From Gekko japonicus (lineage: Eukaryota), in contig NW_015172034.1 of assembly GCF_001447785.1 (NCBI RefSeq), positions 359,804-423,803 of the forward strand: a stretch of DNA of 64,000 nt, given 5' to 3'. This document shows positions 38,468-50,354 of the stretch, piece by piece. The notes beneath the pieces were generated by a model. That model did not search any database. It was not told where the DNA came from and was given only the letters and a program-made list of their open reading frames with translations. Position 1 is the stretch's first letter; each line of letters starts with the position of its first letter. The position numbers were made by a program, and so were the translations under genes.

Positions 38468-38661
38468 CTTGCGCAGCCAGCTAGGGCAAGAGCTGCTGGC
38501 AGCAGCACTGCTATCTCCGATGTCTTCTGTCGAACTGACACGATCCCCCATTCCGCGGTCTGCTTCCATGGTTCCTCTGAAACCTCTGCTGGGATCAGGG
38601 GTCTCAGATTCCCGCTCACTTTCCTCATCTTCTCCTCCTTCAGCTGTCGAACTCTGAGCCA
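38468..38661 (-). CDS. NEK9: NEK9 exon 19
   Basis: gctag|(V)[32 protein letters not shown]|gtgacc; 194 nt. Confidence 0.93.
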
Positions 38662-38997
38662 CTAGCAGAAAATAGGATAATTGCAGCATGATTTCCTGGT
38701 CTGGGAATTTTCGGGATAGCCATGATATAAAAAGGAAGATAATCTCACTTATCTGTGGGGTGAAGTGTCACTTCACCCTAACTGTGTAAAAATTACAACC
38801 CCAGAAGATAAATGTTTAATTTGCATGCTTGACACTCAGGGGGTTAACCTCCAAAAGGTAAGCAAAAGGATGTACATAAAATCTTTCCAAGGAGCATTCA
38901 GTCTGTCTAAATATGGAGGATGGCTTTTCCGATGTTAAAAGAAGGTAGGCCAATGGAGCAAAAGAGGTGTTTTCAGTACCTCTAGGAGAGGCACAAG

Positions 38998-39213
38998 TTT
39001 TATTTTATTGAGATATATATACCCCACTTCTCACCCAATGGGAACCCAAGTCAGTTTACAATATTATTATCCCTTCCCTCCATGTTATTCTCACAGCAAA
39101 CCTGTGAGGTAGGCTGAGAAGAGGTGACTGGCCCCAAGGTCACCCAGCAAGCTTCCATGGCAGAGTGGAAGCCAGATCCTAGTCCAGCACTCTAACCATT
39201 ACACTACACTGGC
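38998..39213 (-). mobile_element. CORE/MIR-like SINE
   Basis: Reverse complement of the 4683/47503 family. Confidence 0.75.
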
Positions 39214-39743
39214 TCACTGAAACAGAGCCGGTGAGAAAGGGGGACTGGGGAGACGACATTTGAGGGTTTGAGGGCCCCCAGCTGGGTCTCTCCAACAGCT
39301 GACAGTAGAGTTTAGCTTCCCCTGGAATGCCTCTGCTCTGCTATTTGGGCTGCACTCTCTCTTACACACAAGACTGAGAGAGAGAGAGAGACAGATGCTG
39401 GGGGTTGGCTCAGTTTCCTCTGCCTGACTCCGCCCTGTCCCTGTGTAGCCAGCCAGCCTCACACTTTGCATGCTGGGAAGGCAGCAGGTGCATCATGTAC
39501 TCCTTCTCTCCCTCCTACGATGATTTGCATGGCAGCAGCCAGTCCCTCATCTGTCGTCATCCTCCTTGCATTATCTGCATTGCAAAAAGCCCACCCTTTG
39601 CACCATTCCCTGAGCTGCATAGAGAAGTTTCTCTTCCCCAAGAAAAGGATTGTCATCTGGTACATGAGCCCTTAGCTGGAGACAATGGGGGGGGGGCCCT
39701 TCTCAATTAACTCATGGCCCAGAGAAGACCATGATGGAGGGAG

Positions 39744-42369
39744 CAGGGCTGTTAAGAATCACATTTATTATTTATTTTGTCAGATTTCTACCCCGCCCTC
39801 CCAGCTGAGGCCAGCTCAGGGCGGCTTACATAAAAAAGTGCATAAATTACAATAAAAACAAGTAAAACACTTAAGACAATACTACAACCAATTGATGACA
39901 TAATAAATGCAAGTATTATTGTCCTTGTTGATTGTTGATTGTGATGCTGCAGAGGCAAAAACGTTTCCAGGCAGTTCTTCAGAATTAGCATCCCAGGAAA
40001 AAGATCAGTGTCTAAAAAGCAGTGGGAGTTCCAGATAAGACTGCCAACTGACCAAGAAAGAGGATTGGTTTGCACCTCTGCCTTTAATGGCAGCCTGATC
40101 TATCGAAATCAGCAAGGGCACTTTTGACAAAACAGAGCAAACATTTATTATTGGCTTGTTCCTGCAGTTCAAACTGCTGTGAGAGGCACAGCAATAGGAG
40201 CTAGTAAGAAAAAAGTTGGCAATCCCTAGATCTGGGTGAGGAGAATAGCAGGGGGTTGTGCGGGGCATTTGGTGCTGGTGAATGGAAAGGGATGGATTCA
40301 GGATGGACTTGGGGGGAGATCATGGGCAATGTTCCCTCTAAGCTGTGGAGTTTTGTGAGCAAAAATTCTATTTAGTGAGCTACTGGTATTAAAGTTGTGA
40401 GCGAGCGATTTGGCTGCTGCATAAATTAGTTTGCTCTGGAGCCCTCCTTCCTGAGCTAAGACAAAAATGTGTGAGCCGGAGGCTAAAAAACTGTGAGCTA
40501 CCTCACACTAACTCAGCTTAGAGGGAACACTGCATGACATTAACCACACTTTACTCAGTGAGCCATCAGAGGATGTGGCACACACAGCCACTGAGTCATC
40601 TGAGGCTTTGGCAGGCAAAACATTGATACAGCAGTTTGATTCTGATATTGGCTTTTTACAGAGTGAAGCCCCTACATCTGCAGAGGTAGAAGAAGCAGTT
40701 CAGTGAGGTTCATTTCCAGTTTCTCTTCTTCATGCTAGATTACAAAACAGTGAAACTTTCCTTCGTGACCAGTTAGTTTGGAGTAAAAGCAAACAAGCTT
40801 GCTGCCTATTTAGTATTCTTCCAGCATCAGGTTGTTTCTCACTTTCATCTGTTAATGGATACTGCAGCCAACCTAAGTGGATCAGGTTGTATGACAAAAT
40901 TTCAACACCAAGAAACCAAAAACCATAAAACCCGTTATGTTACTTGGCAAACCCCAGAAAAATGCTTGGGATATTATATTACAGTTTATCAACAACTGCA
41001 AAAGAAAATTCGAAGTGAAGTAGCGGTGTGGAAACAAATCCTTCACAGAATATTAGATGAGACATTGCTTCTTGGAGAAAGAGGCCTAGCATTTGGGGGT
41101 GAAACTCAACAAATTGGATATCCTAATGATGGCAACATTCTTGGGAATCTTGGGCTGATAGCCCACTATGATCCCAACCTTGAAGAACGTATCAGCAGAG
41201 TGAAAGAGTTTCAAGCAACCCATCACTGCTTGCAGTATCGTTACTGGTCCGCTGATATACAAAATGAATGTATAGAATGTTGTGCTGCACACGTACAAAC
41301 GGGTCATCTTAAAAGAAAGAGAACTATCCAAATACTATGCTATAATTGCTGATGCAACCCCAGACTCAGCACACTATGAACACACTGAGTTCATTCTGCT
41401 TTATGTCCACTTCAGCAATGAGAAAGGTACATATGAAATTCAATAAAGGGTTCCTAGAATTTGTTGATTGCTACAAGAAAACTGGTGAAGCAAGGTTCAC
41501 AGATGAGACTTCAAATGTCAGTGAAAACCTACATGAATATCATCCAGAGGAATGTGTCAAGAAGCAAGTCTGCTCTGTTCTTCCTGACTGCATAACTAGC
41601 AATATGACAAGACGCTATGAAGCAATTAAAAAGTTAGACTTCACCTTTGGTTTCTTGTGGAAATACCCAGATTTGGAAAAGAATGAAATGGAAGATGTGG
41701 TCAAAGAATTTAGTACTGAATATTGTGGTGATGTGTCTGATGATCTCATGGAAGAAATGAAACCTCTGAAGGCTGTCCATTCTGCCAACCTGGGATTGGA
41801 AGTTTTGTCCCCTCTTCAACTTGAACTCTGAAGGTCAAGACCAGCACTTTGAATTATGCCTGGAAAATTGTGACTAGGAGGCACTGAACTTAGCAAACTT
41901 ATTTCCTAACTGCCCTCTACCTGTCACTGCTGCCCAAGATCCTCAATGAGCCAAAGTCATCTGTCAGCTTTAGGAACCTTGGCAGTAGAGGCACAGCTTG
42001 CCCAAAAACTTGACTCTGATAGTATTATCAAACTGTTCGCTAGCCAAAAAGCTCACAGAATACTATGAGCTAGATTTCTTCAAATCTGTGTCTTCTCATT
42101 TAAAGCTGACAAGTGCTAGATTGTTGTTATCTGAAAGTGGGTTTGTTGTTGTTTTCTTGCACCATATCTTATTTCAATCTGCACTGTAAATGAAATCTGT
42201 TCTTTAATAATCCTGTCCCTTTCCCTTTATTAATGTTTCTTACCTAACGAACAATTATTCAATTCATAGATGGTAGCAGCTAGCTGAAAATATTTGGTTT
42301 CAATCAGGGTCGTGGGGGGTGAGGGTGGAATCTCTGTCTGGGGGCCCATGGTGGCTCTTGGCAGCCCTG
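39744..42369 (+). mobile_element. Decayed hAT (Tip100/ZMYM1-like) DNA transposon with nested insertions
   Basis: Broken transposase (LLLGERGLAF.G, GNILG, IQNE.IE, IIADATPD, FLEFVDC, LPVTAA..SQSHLSALGTLAVE); imperfect TIR CAGGGCTG..AAGA at 39744 and 42369; no TSD seen. Confidence 0.7.
40327..40532. mobile_element. hAT-type MITE (family of 25171)
   Basis: Same TIRs and body; no matching TSD. Confidence 0.85.
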
Positions 42370-42519
42370 CATTGAAATACCTAATCAACAAATTTTGAAG
42401 GCTGGAAATTAGCATTTTCCCATGGGTAGAAGGATCTGCTGGGCTTCTTTGGTTTAAAAACAGAAAAGACATTCAACTGGGAAAAATACCAGGAATGGCT
42501 GGCAGATGCCAAGATATGA

Positions 42520-42720
42520 AGAAAAAGAACATGCTGTCGAGTGGCAACTGACTCATGGTGACCCCTACCACAGGGCATTCCAGGCATACGATGAGCAAAG
42601 GTGGTCTCTGCCCCTGCTTTCCTCCACACAGCAACCCCAGTCTTCCTTGTTGGTCTCCCTTTCATATATTGGCCGTGGCTGACCCTGCTTAGCATACAAA
42701 CTCAGGTGAGCTCAGGCCAA
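42520..42720 (-). mobile_element. Diverged 5S-derived SINE
   Basis: Minus strand GCTAAGCAGGGTCAGCC..GGGAGACCAACAAGGAAGAC; related to 22441. Confidence 0.55.
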
Positions 42721-43211
42721 ACCAGGCTGCTAAAATGTGACCTAAGTGAAATTAAGTGGCTTCATGAGAAGGCCTAGAGAACACAAAAGAATAAAGTAAA
42801 TGTTGAGTAGAATCTTTTTTTAAAAAACCACATCAAAGAAAAACAAGAGCTGAAGACAGCACAGTAATTATTGCTTCTTTTGTCTTCTCTTTGCTCTTTA
42901 GTACTTTGATGATTTTCGCTAAACTACATGCCATTCCTTTTTTGCAATCAAGGGCTGCAAATATAAGTAAAGTTCTTTTTCTTTTTATGAATGGAGTTAT
43001 AGTGCTCCACATGCGTCCACATAAAGCCTAACTTGGTATGCATGCCAAAGTACAAAGAGAAGAAATGGGTTGACTCCTGCCTGGATTTGAACAGATAAGA
43101 TGCCCAAAGGTTCCAACATCCAAAGTAATCTGGAGCATATGGAGGTCAAGAAAAACCTGGGGTTCTTAATCTGAAGAAAACCTTTAAAGAGACAAAAAAA
43201 TGATTACTTAC

Positions 43212-43274
43212 CAGTCCCAATGGATAGGCCACTGCTACTTGAACGAAGGATGGTTTTAGAATTTATCACTTTTT
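43212..43274 (-). CDS. NEK9: NEK9 exon 18
   Basis: cacag|(E)KVINSKTILRSSSSGLSIGT|gtaagt; 63 nt. Confidence 0.93.
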
Positions 43275-43415
43275 CTGTGGAGAAAGAAAGGGATTTTTTA
43301 AGTAACGGGTTTCAGAAGAATCTGGGAATGCTGACACATGCTGACATATTTCCTCTGAAAGAATATGGCCACTCTTCCAAGTAATCTCTAGTTAAAGAAG
43401 ACACGTATCCATGGA

Positions 43416-43680
43416 CATAAGAAACATAAGAACATAAGAGAAGCCAATGTTGGATCAGGCCAATGGCCCATCCAGTCCAACACTCTGTCACACAGTGGCC
43501 AAAAATACCAGGTGCCATCAGGAGGTCCAGCACTGGGGCCAGGACACTAGAAGCCCTCCCACTGTTGCCCCACCACCAAGCATCAAGAATACAGAGCATC
43601 ACTTGCCCCAGACCGAGAGTTCCTATCTATACCTTGTGGCTAATAGCCACTGATGGACCTCTGCTAATAGCCACTGATGA
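43416..43680 (-). mobile_element. CR1 3' end
   Basis: CATAAGAA repeats followed by the reverse complement of 15190-15435. Confidence 0.85.
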
Positions 43681-43706
43681 AGCTGGTGATCCGGGGACTT
43701 TCCTTA

Positions 43707-43922
<216 letters not shown>

Positions 43923-44069
43923 TCATACAGCCTTTTAGACACCTTTTGTTTGAGTGGCCAGATTCTGAAATTTCCCCCTTTGTGCTACCATTCTCCAAGA
44001 AGGACCTTAGGACCCTACAAACTCAGGCCCACAGAAATACATTACAAGCCCACCAGTGGCCATACTCAC

Positions 44070-44231
44070 CATCAGTAGCAGCTATAGTGAACTCATCACC
44101 GCAGGAAACCCTGATAACCTGCTTTCCCCCGAGGGGTCCTCCAAGCAGATTAATGCCCACACGTTTCTTATAGTCTCCGACACCCAGCTGCCCACACTTG
44201 TTGGAACCAAAAGTAAGCAGACGGCCCCGTT
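44070..44231 (-). CDS. NEK9: NEK9 exon 16
   Basis: (E)[33 protein letters not shown]|gtgagt; 162 nt. Confidence 0.95.
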
Positions 44232-44812
44232 CTGAAAACAAAACCAAACACAGAGTCATTGCGGAAATCAAGACAGAAAGGTGCTAAACTCTGCTGGAGA
44301 ATCAGTCGAGCCACAGGAACATCAGTGTATGTCATAGTAAGATAGTGAAAAACCTACCAGTTATGTTGCAATGTCAATTACTGCTACATCAATGGTAGGT
44401 TAAGTGTATGTTTTAAAGCATCAGTCTTTTCAGTAACTCTTCCCTGAACACATAGGCCTGTACCTGAAAAATCCTGAAGCTCCATTACTGTTGACTGCCT
44501 AGTAAGTGATACTGTATGCATCATTCCTTATCACTCTAAGGAACAGAAGCCCCAAGTCAGTAGCAGACATGATTACCACGCACCCTAATATGCCTCACTG
44601 CAAAGAATTTCAGTATTCATGGTTCTATACACAAAGGTAAAACCTAGACTATTCTATCAACAATGGTTTATAGAACTAGGCTGCATAGCAGACTGAAGAT
44701 ACGCAAATTAAGATGGCACTTATTTCAGTGAATCTGCCCTAAAGGAGATTAGTGTACTCTTATCCAGGTGGGACTATACCGCAGGGTTGAATGCAGTTTG
44801 AGCAGATCTCAC

Positions 44813-44901
44813 CATCTATAGCAGCTGTGTGTGTCTTTCCTGGGGCAATGGTGCGAATCTTGTAGAAAGAGAGCTTCCTGGCCAAACTGAAGGTGGTGGG
44901 C
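44813..44901 (-). CDS. NEK9: NEK9 exon 15 (out of frame as assembled)
   Basis: ctttag|GCCCACCACC then [26 protein letters not shown]|gtgaga; 89 nt where 3n+1 is needed. Confidence 0.85.
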
Positions 44902-45342
44902 CTAAAGAATGAGAGAAACCAGTATGACAAATCTAATGCCAGGATCCAATACTCACATACACCTTTAGATCTTCTTCGTGCAGGGCTACAGTAAGCCACA
45001 AGGGTACAGATACAGGTACCATATAAGTCAGTCCTTTCAACTCCTGCTTGGATCAAATGCTAAACTTCTTATATAGACCCCTCATAAATATGCCGTAATA
45101 CTGCACAACCAAAGTAAGCTTTCTGCAAGATTTCGTAAATCACAACTGTTCCCCTCCCTCTCTTTTCCTTTTATCATTCTGACTGGATCCTAAGCAAAAT
45201 ATACACACTCTTCTTTGCCATTTCCACTTATTTATATCCCATACTTCCTCCAAAGTTACAATACATGGATAGAATGATCCTATAACCCCTCCCAAAAGAA
45301 CATCTCTCTCATTTTTAGTGTTATCCCAGAAATGCTGCTTAC

Positions 45343-45498
45343 ATCATGATTAATGATCCCTGAAGTACACTGGTTCAGACCCAGCTTGTTGAATTCATTC
45401 AGACCACAAGCTAAGACCTTGCCAGCCTGTGTGAGCAGAAAAGTTCCATCACTGCCACACTGGACTGAGACAATATTGGAGGTCTTCTGAATTTCCAC
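45343..45498 (-). CDS. NEK9: NEK9 exon 14
   Basis: [45 protein letters not shown]|gtaagc; 156 nt. Confidence 0.95.
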
Positions 45499-45909
45499 CT
45501 ATAAAGAGCAATATCAAACATCATAAGACAGAGATACACAAAACATCAAAGCACCAAATGAATACCAGATACTGTATGGCAGTAAAGCAGAAATCAAAGC
45601 TTCAGCCAGAATACAACAGCTGCAGAGACATGGATTGATCCACTTAATACTTCAGAAGGTACAACAGCAGTGCACTGTAATGAACTGATCATAGAATTAC
45701 TTTCTTCCATTGGCTTATCACTTAACTATCTGAATCCTACCAAGTTTGTAGAAATAACTGTTCTAGATTTACAAAAATATGTTGTAGGGAACAATATGAC
45801 TAAGATAGAGGCCATTTATTGTTCCATCAAAGGAAAAATGCTCCAGAAAAGAGATACAGTGAACCTGCCTAAAGCTTGCAAGTTATGACAAAGGACCAAC
45901 CAGTGTTAC

Positions 45910-45956
45910 CTTCTGTGGGAGGGAATAATCATCTTCTGAATCCAGCCCTAGGCGTC
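45910..45956 (-). CDS. NEK9: NEK9 exon 13
   Basis: tacag|(G)RLGLDSEDDYSLPQK|gtaaca; 47 nt. Confidence 0.92.
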
Positions 45957-46366
45957 CTGTATTTGGAAAGACACAATCAGACATAGCCCTTATTTCTCAT
46001 GCTAAAATGACATGATTATGGAGAAATGACTGTTATTTAAATTTCAAGCAATTCTGCCCAATTATGAGGAAACAGGACTGACACATTTCTTAAAGTCAAA
46101 GATACAACATTCCATGTTTGATGGAAACCAGTTCTTGTGTCCATTTTTTTTAGAATGTATTCCCTTTGAAATCTTCTACAACCTCAGCTCTAAAGAAATA
46201 TAATCCTGTCACCAGCTAGTACCTTTCAATTGTTTTGCTGTGCAACTACACTGTAGTTTCATCATGAAACTTAAGAAGTTGGTATGTGTTTGTTGAAGTA
46301 TCTATTTACTTTGTTCCATCCCTCCACCCCCAGCATCAAAGGCAGAAGAGAAAAGAAATCACAAAC

Positions 46367-46567
46367 CATATTCTCCACAGCCCCATGTGTAGACCTCTCG
46401 GTTTCGGGTCAGCACAGCCACATGGTTATCTCCACAAGATACCTGCTCCACAGAATTGTTGAGAAAGAAGTTCAGCTGCTCAGGTTCTAGAACCTCAGAG
46501 CCAAAAGCCTTGTCAACACCTATACAGCCATAGTAGTCTGAGCCAAAGGCAAAGACCTGACCTTCAT
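46367..46567 (-). CDS. NEK9: NEK9 exon 12
   Basis: (D)[41 protein letters not shown]|gtttgt; 201 nt. Confidence 0.95.
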
Positions 46568-46809
46568 CTGCAAAAAAGGAAGGACCAGGTGAATTAGACA
46601 TGAAGTGTACCTCAGTTTACTTAGATGTCCTTAACTAAAAGCCAAAGGCTGCCCAAGGTTATCTGCATCTTTAACACAGCAAAGCTAAAATAAAAGGTAA
46701 GCTAATCCTACCATTACCTAAAATAACCTAATCATTTAGATCAAATTAGGTCAGCCGAATGCTGCGACCAGTGGATTCCATATCTATGCAGATTCCGTTT
46801 CTATGATGG

Positions 46810-47010
46810 GATGAGGCCATGACTCAGCAGTAGAGCATCTGCTTGGCATGCAGGAGGTCCCAGGTTCAACCTCCAGCATCTCTAATTAAAAGGTTCAGGT
46901 GGCAGGTGATGTGAAAGCCCACCACCTGGGACCTTGGAGATATGCTGCCAGACAATGCTGACCTTGATGGACCAATGGTCTGATTTGGTATAAGGCAACT
47001 TCATGTGTTT
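46810..47010 (+). mobile_element. tRNA-derived SINE with CR1-like tail
   Basis: TGACTCAGCAGTAGAGC A-box-like, GGTTCAACC B-box-like, GATGGACCAATGGTCTGA tail. Confidence 0.7.
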
Positions 47011-47198
47011 ATGTAGCACATTTTTATTCTGCCCTTTCTTCAAGGAGCTCCTATAACTCAGTATACCTTGTCTCATTTGACCACTGTCATTATGTTTCAT
47101 GCTCTCTTGCTAGCAAAGGTTATTTTCTTTTTTCACGGTTAATGCAAGATTTCGATTCTACTACAGTCTATATACTTTGCTGTATATTTGCCTCTCAC

Positions 47199-47343
47199 CC
47201 GTGATGCACACAGTAAAGTCATCTCCACAAGACACTTGGCGAATAGCCTTGCCCTGCAGTTTTTCCACATGCTTCGGTTGCCTGTATGAGGCTCTGTCTC
47301 CATGCCCCAGTTGGCCATGCAACTTGGTGCCCCCTTGCATGTT
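47199..47343 (-). CDS. NEK9: NEK9 exon 11
   Basis: [48 protein letters not shown]|gtgaga; 145 nt. Confidence 0.95.
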
Positions 47344-47502
47344 CTGCAAAATACAGAAGTATGGGTGAAGGATACTGAAGGATGTATACCTGGAATTCCC
47401 AGTCAGAACCAAATAAAAGAACAATATAGGGCTTTTGTGGAGATCTGGAAAGGGCTGCAAATGCTTGCAGTGCACTTCCATGCACACACCTGCAGGTGAA
47501 TC

Positions 47503-47745
47503 TGGCCAGTGCAGTGTAATGGTCAGGGTGCTGGACTAAGATCTGGGAGACTCAGGTTCAAATCCCCACTCAGCCATGGAAGATTGCTGGGTGACCTTGG
47601 ACTAATCACTTGCTTTTTTGAAGCCTAACCTAACTCACTGGGTTGTTGCTGTGAGGATAAAGTGGCAGAGAGGGGAACAGAATAAGCCACTTTAGGACTC
47701 TACTGGGCAGAAAGGTGGGGTAGAAATGAGGGGAATAAATAAATT
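47503..47745 (+). mobile_element. CORE/MIR-like SINE, near full length
   Basis: tRNA head (GGTTCAAATCCC), GGGTGACCTTGG core, AATAAAT tail. Confidence 0.8.
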
Positions 47746-48370
47746 TCTTCTGTTCCATGGGATGCTGTTCCAGATGGCCAATCTTTGAGGGAGAGGATTT
47801 TCAGTAGGTGGGGTTTTCACTGGTAGAGGGAACAGAAAAGTCTTTTGGACCTTAGTCTTAATCAGAAAAAAGTGGGACTCTCAGAATGGGTTAACACTAT
47901 TAGGATCTCTTATATGCCAACAGGGTGCAAAAAGGGTGATGGGGGAAGAGAATGCTTGGGCATCCTAAATGGCAGTTTATCTCCCACGACTGGTGCTGGC
48001 ATGCCAGTCAGCCGACCAGTTGATTGCTGGCTATCACTGGGTTACAGACAAATATTCCACGAAGCCAAGAATGCCACTGAGCCCTTTTATTTCGTTATGG
48101 CGTCATTTGTTACCAGGGGCAGGAAGGAGGACTGCTTGCCCCCTAACCCTGCAGCAAGCAGTACTGTAAAGCTTCTCTCTCTGGCCACATCTATAAACAT
48201 GGCCATCTCTAAACAGGAAGAACTGGCACTCTGTCTGCCTCATAACTGCCTTTTAAAAAAACCCCTTACTTTTAAAAGTAGCAATTTTTACCTAGGCTTT
48301 ATCTGGGACACCAAGGTTACCATACAATTTCAGCTAAAAATGAAAACAGTACAGAAATAAAGCAAAAAGG

Positions 48371-49583
48371 GACTTCTGGTTGATGGCGGCACGTTAGCAG
48401 ACTCACCTCCCGGACCTCCCGGGGGTGAAGCTGTGCTCCGGCCGAAGGAGGGGGTGCGCAGGCTCGTCACCCCCCCAGGGACCCGGGTAAAGGGGCTCTG
48501 GCCATGGGACTTATGAGAGGTTGCCTCTTCGCCGGCGGAATGCGTGAAAGAAGTGGACGCCACTGCACAAAAGGTGAAAAAGAAAGTTCAAAAGCTGGAA
48601 AAGAAGCAAATCTCTACAGAAGAACAGCTGCTACAACTACAAATGGAAAAGGCTAATATGGTTCTCCGTTTCCAGGGCATGCCAGAGACTAAGGGAGAGA
48701 ATCTGAAGGAATTAATGAGTGAAACATTGGCCCCAGTGACAGATATGAAGGTGGAATCTTTGTTAAACAATAAAGATGTGGCCTACAGGTCATATTCTGG
48801 ATATATAAAGAAAAATAATCTGCCTGGGGAAATTATGGCGAGATTCTCGAAGAGGCATGTGAGGGATGCAATCCTGAAAGCGGTATCTGGAGTACCCCTG
48901 AAAGTGGGGGAGACTACCATCAGAACATTGAAAGACATTCCATTTGAAATAAGACAAAGGAGAAAGAAATACAAAGATTTAATTCTTTTCCTTCAGACAA
49001 ACGCAATTGGATATAGATGGTTAACTCCAGAAGGCGTAACCTTCAAGATCAAGGATAAAAAAGAAAAGATTGACTCTGTTCAGAAAGCATGGGAATTTTT
49101 AAGAGTCCAGTTGGGTGAGCCAGAGGAAGAAAGAAGAAAAGGGAAGGATATGAAGTCCAATGGCGAGCTGGACTCGGAATCTTCCGGGGAGGACTCTCTT
49201 TCAGGGGAAGGGGCGGCAGCCCCTAAAAGTCCTTGTAAGTTACGGAAGAGATTAGGCAAAGAGAAGTAAAGGCTGAAGGACTCTGAACTGTGCTTTAAAA
49301 AAATGTGTAGATGAGATGCTTTGGGGTGTTTCTGTATGGCAGTGAAACTTAGATTTGGAAATGTCAATGCTTTATTTGACTCAGTTTATAGTAAGATTAA
49401 CAGGAGGGAAGACTAAACTTTTGTTTAAGCTGGTTAGAAGATCTCCTCTCTTGGGATTTTAGTCAGTAGTGGGTATCTTTCTTTATCCCCTTAAATGTAG
49501 TACCCCTCCTCTTTTCTGTTATAGTTTGTAGTATGAATAAAAATACAATAAAAAATCCCCTCCGGGGGCTATTAAAAAAATAA
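48371..49583 (+). mobile_element. ORF1-only L1-type retroelement (HAL1-like); ORF1p-like frame at 48544-49269
   Basis: L1-like 5' end GACTTCTGG..GATGGCGG; coiled coil plus LRFQGMPE..GENL, RRKKY and YRWLTPEG motifs; AATAAA and A-tail; 18-bp TSD AGAAATAAAGCAAAAAGG. Confidence 0.8.
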
Positions 49584-50095
49584 AGAAATAAAGCAAAAAG
49601 GATGGATCACATTTACAGAAACTTTATTATCATTACAATAATTCACTGCAGCTTTTCTTAAAAGTGTCACAATAAGTTAACAAATTCATTTTATGCAATA
49701 ACTACAAGCATCAGCTTTGGTGATGACTCTAGCATCTTTGTTGAGTTCTAATAAACTTAATGATTTGACAATATTTGTTCAGGGAGTTAGAAATATTTTT
49801 TGACTGATCAAATGGCCAGCTCCACTCAGGATTGTGCAACAAAACTCAGACAGCTGAGCACTGCATGATGTCAAAATGAATTTTTTTAAAAAATTAATAA
49901 AGTAAATCCATTCTTGACACTGAATTTGTTAGATATTACATAAATAAGACATGTCCTTATGCTTGCATCCACCATCTTCACGTATCCAAATGCTTCCCTT
50001 ATTAGATTAACAAACTGGGAGGGGGTTCAATCACAACCACTCATTCTGCCACTCCATCCCAAGCTTCCCAAGTTCTTCCAACACATTTTACTTAC

Positions 50096-50288
50096 CACCC
50101 ACGTATAGAGCTCCTTCTCCACTGTCACCACTGCAAAGTGAGTGTTTCCTGCGCAGACCTGTCGTGCACTGCAACCACCCTTGATGACATCTAGCTTTTG
50201 AGGAGTGGACTTTCCACCGCCCCATACATACACTTCACTAGTGCGTGAAGTCACCACTGCAATGGGAGCCTCATTCATAGTGCTTGAT
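50096..50288 (-). CDS. NEK9: NEK9 exon 10
   Basis: [38 protein letters not shown]|gtaagt; 193 nt. Confidence 0.95.
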
Positions 50289-50354
50289 CTATAAAACATA
50301 ATGGAGTAGGGAACAGTCAAGACTGTTCAGCATAAATCCCATTCCAGGTCCTAC

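Noticed and set aside
40855-41831. Domesticated ZMYM1-like gene
   Set aside because: Frameshifts, large deletions and nested repeats indicate a dead transposase.
46810-46880. tRNA gene
   Set aside because: Degenerate boxes followed by a SINE body and tail.
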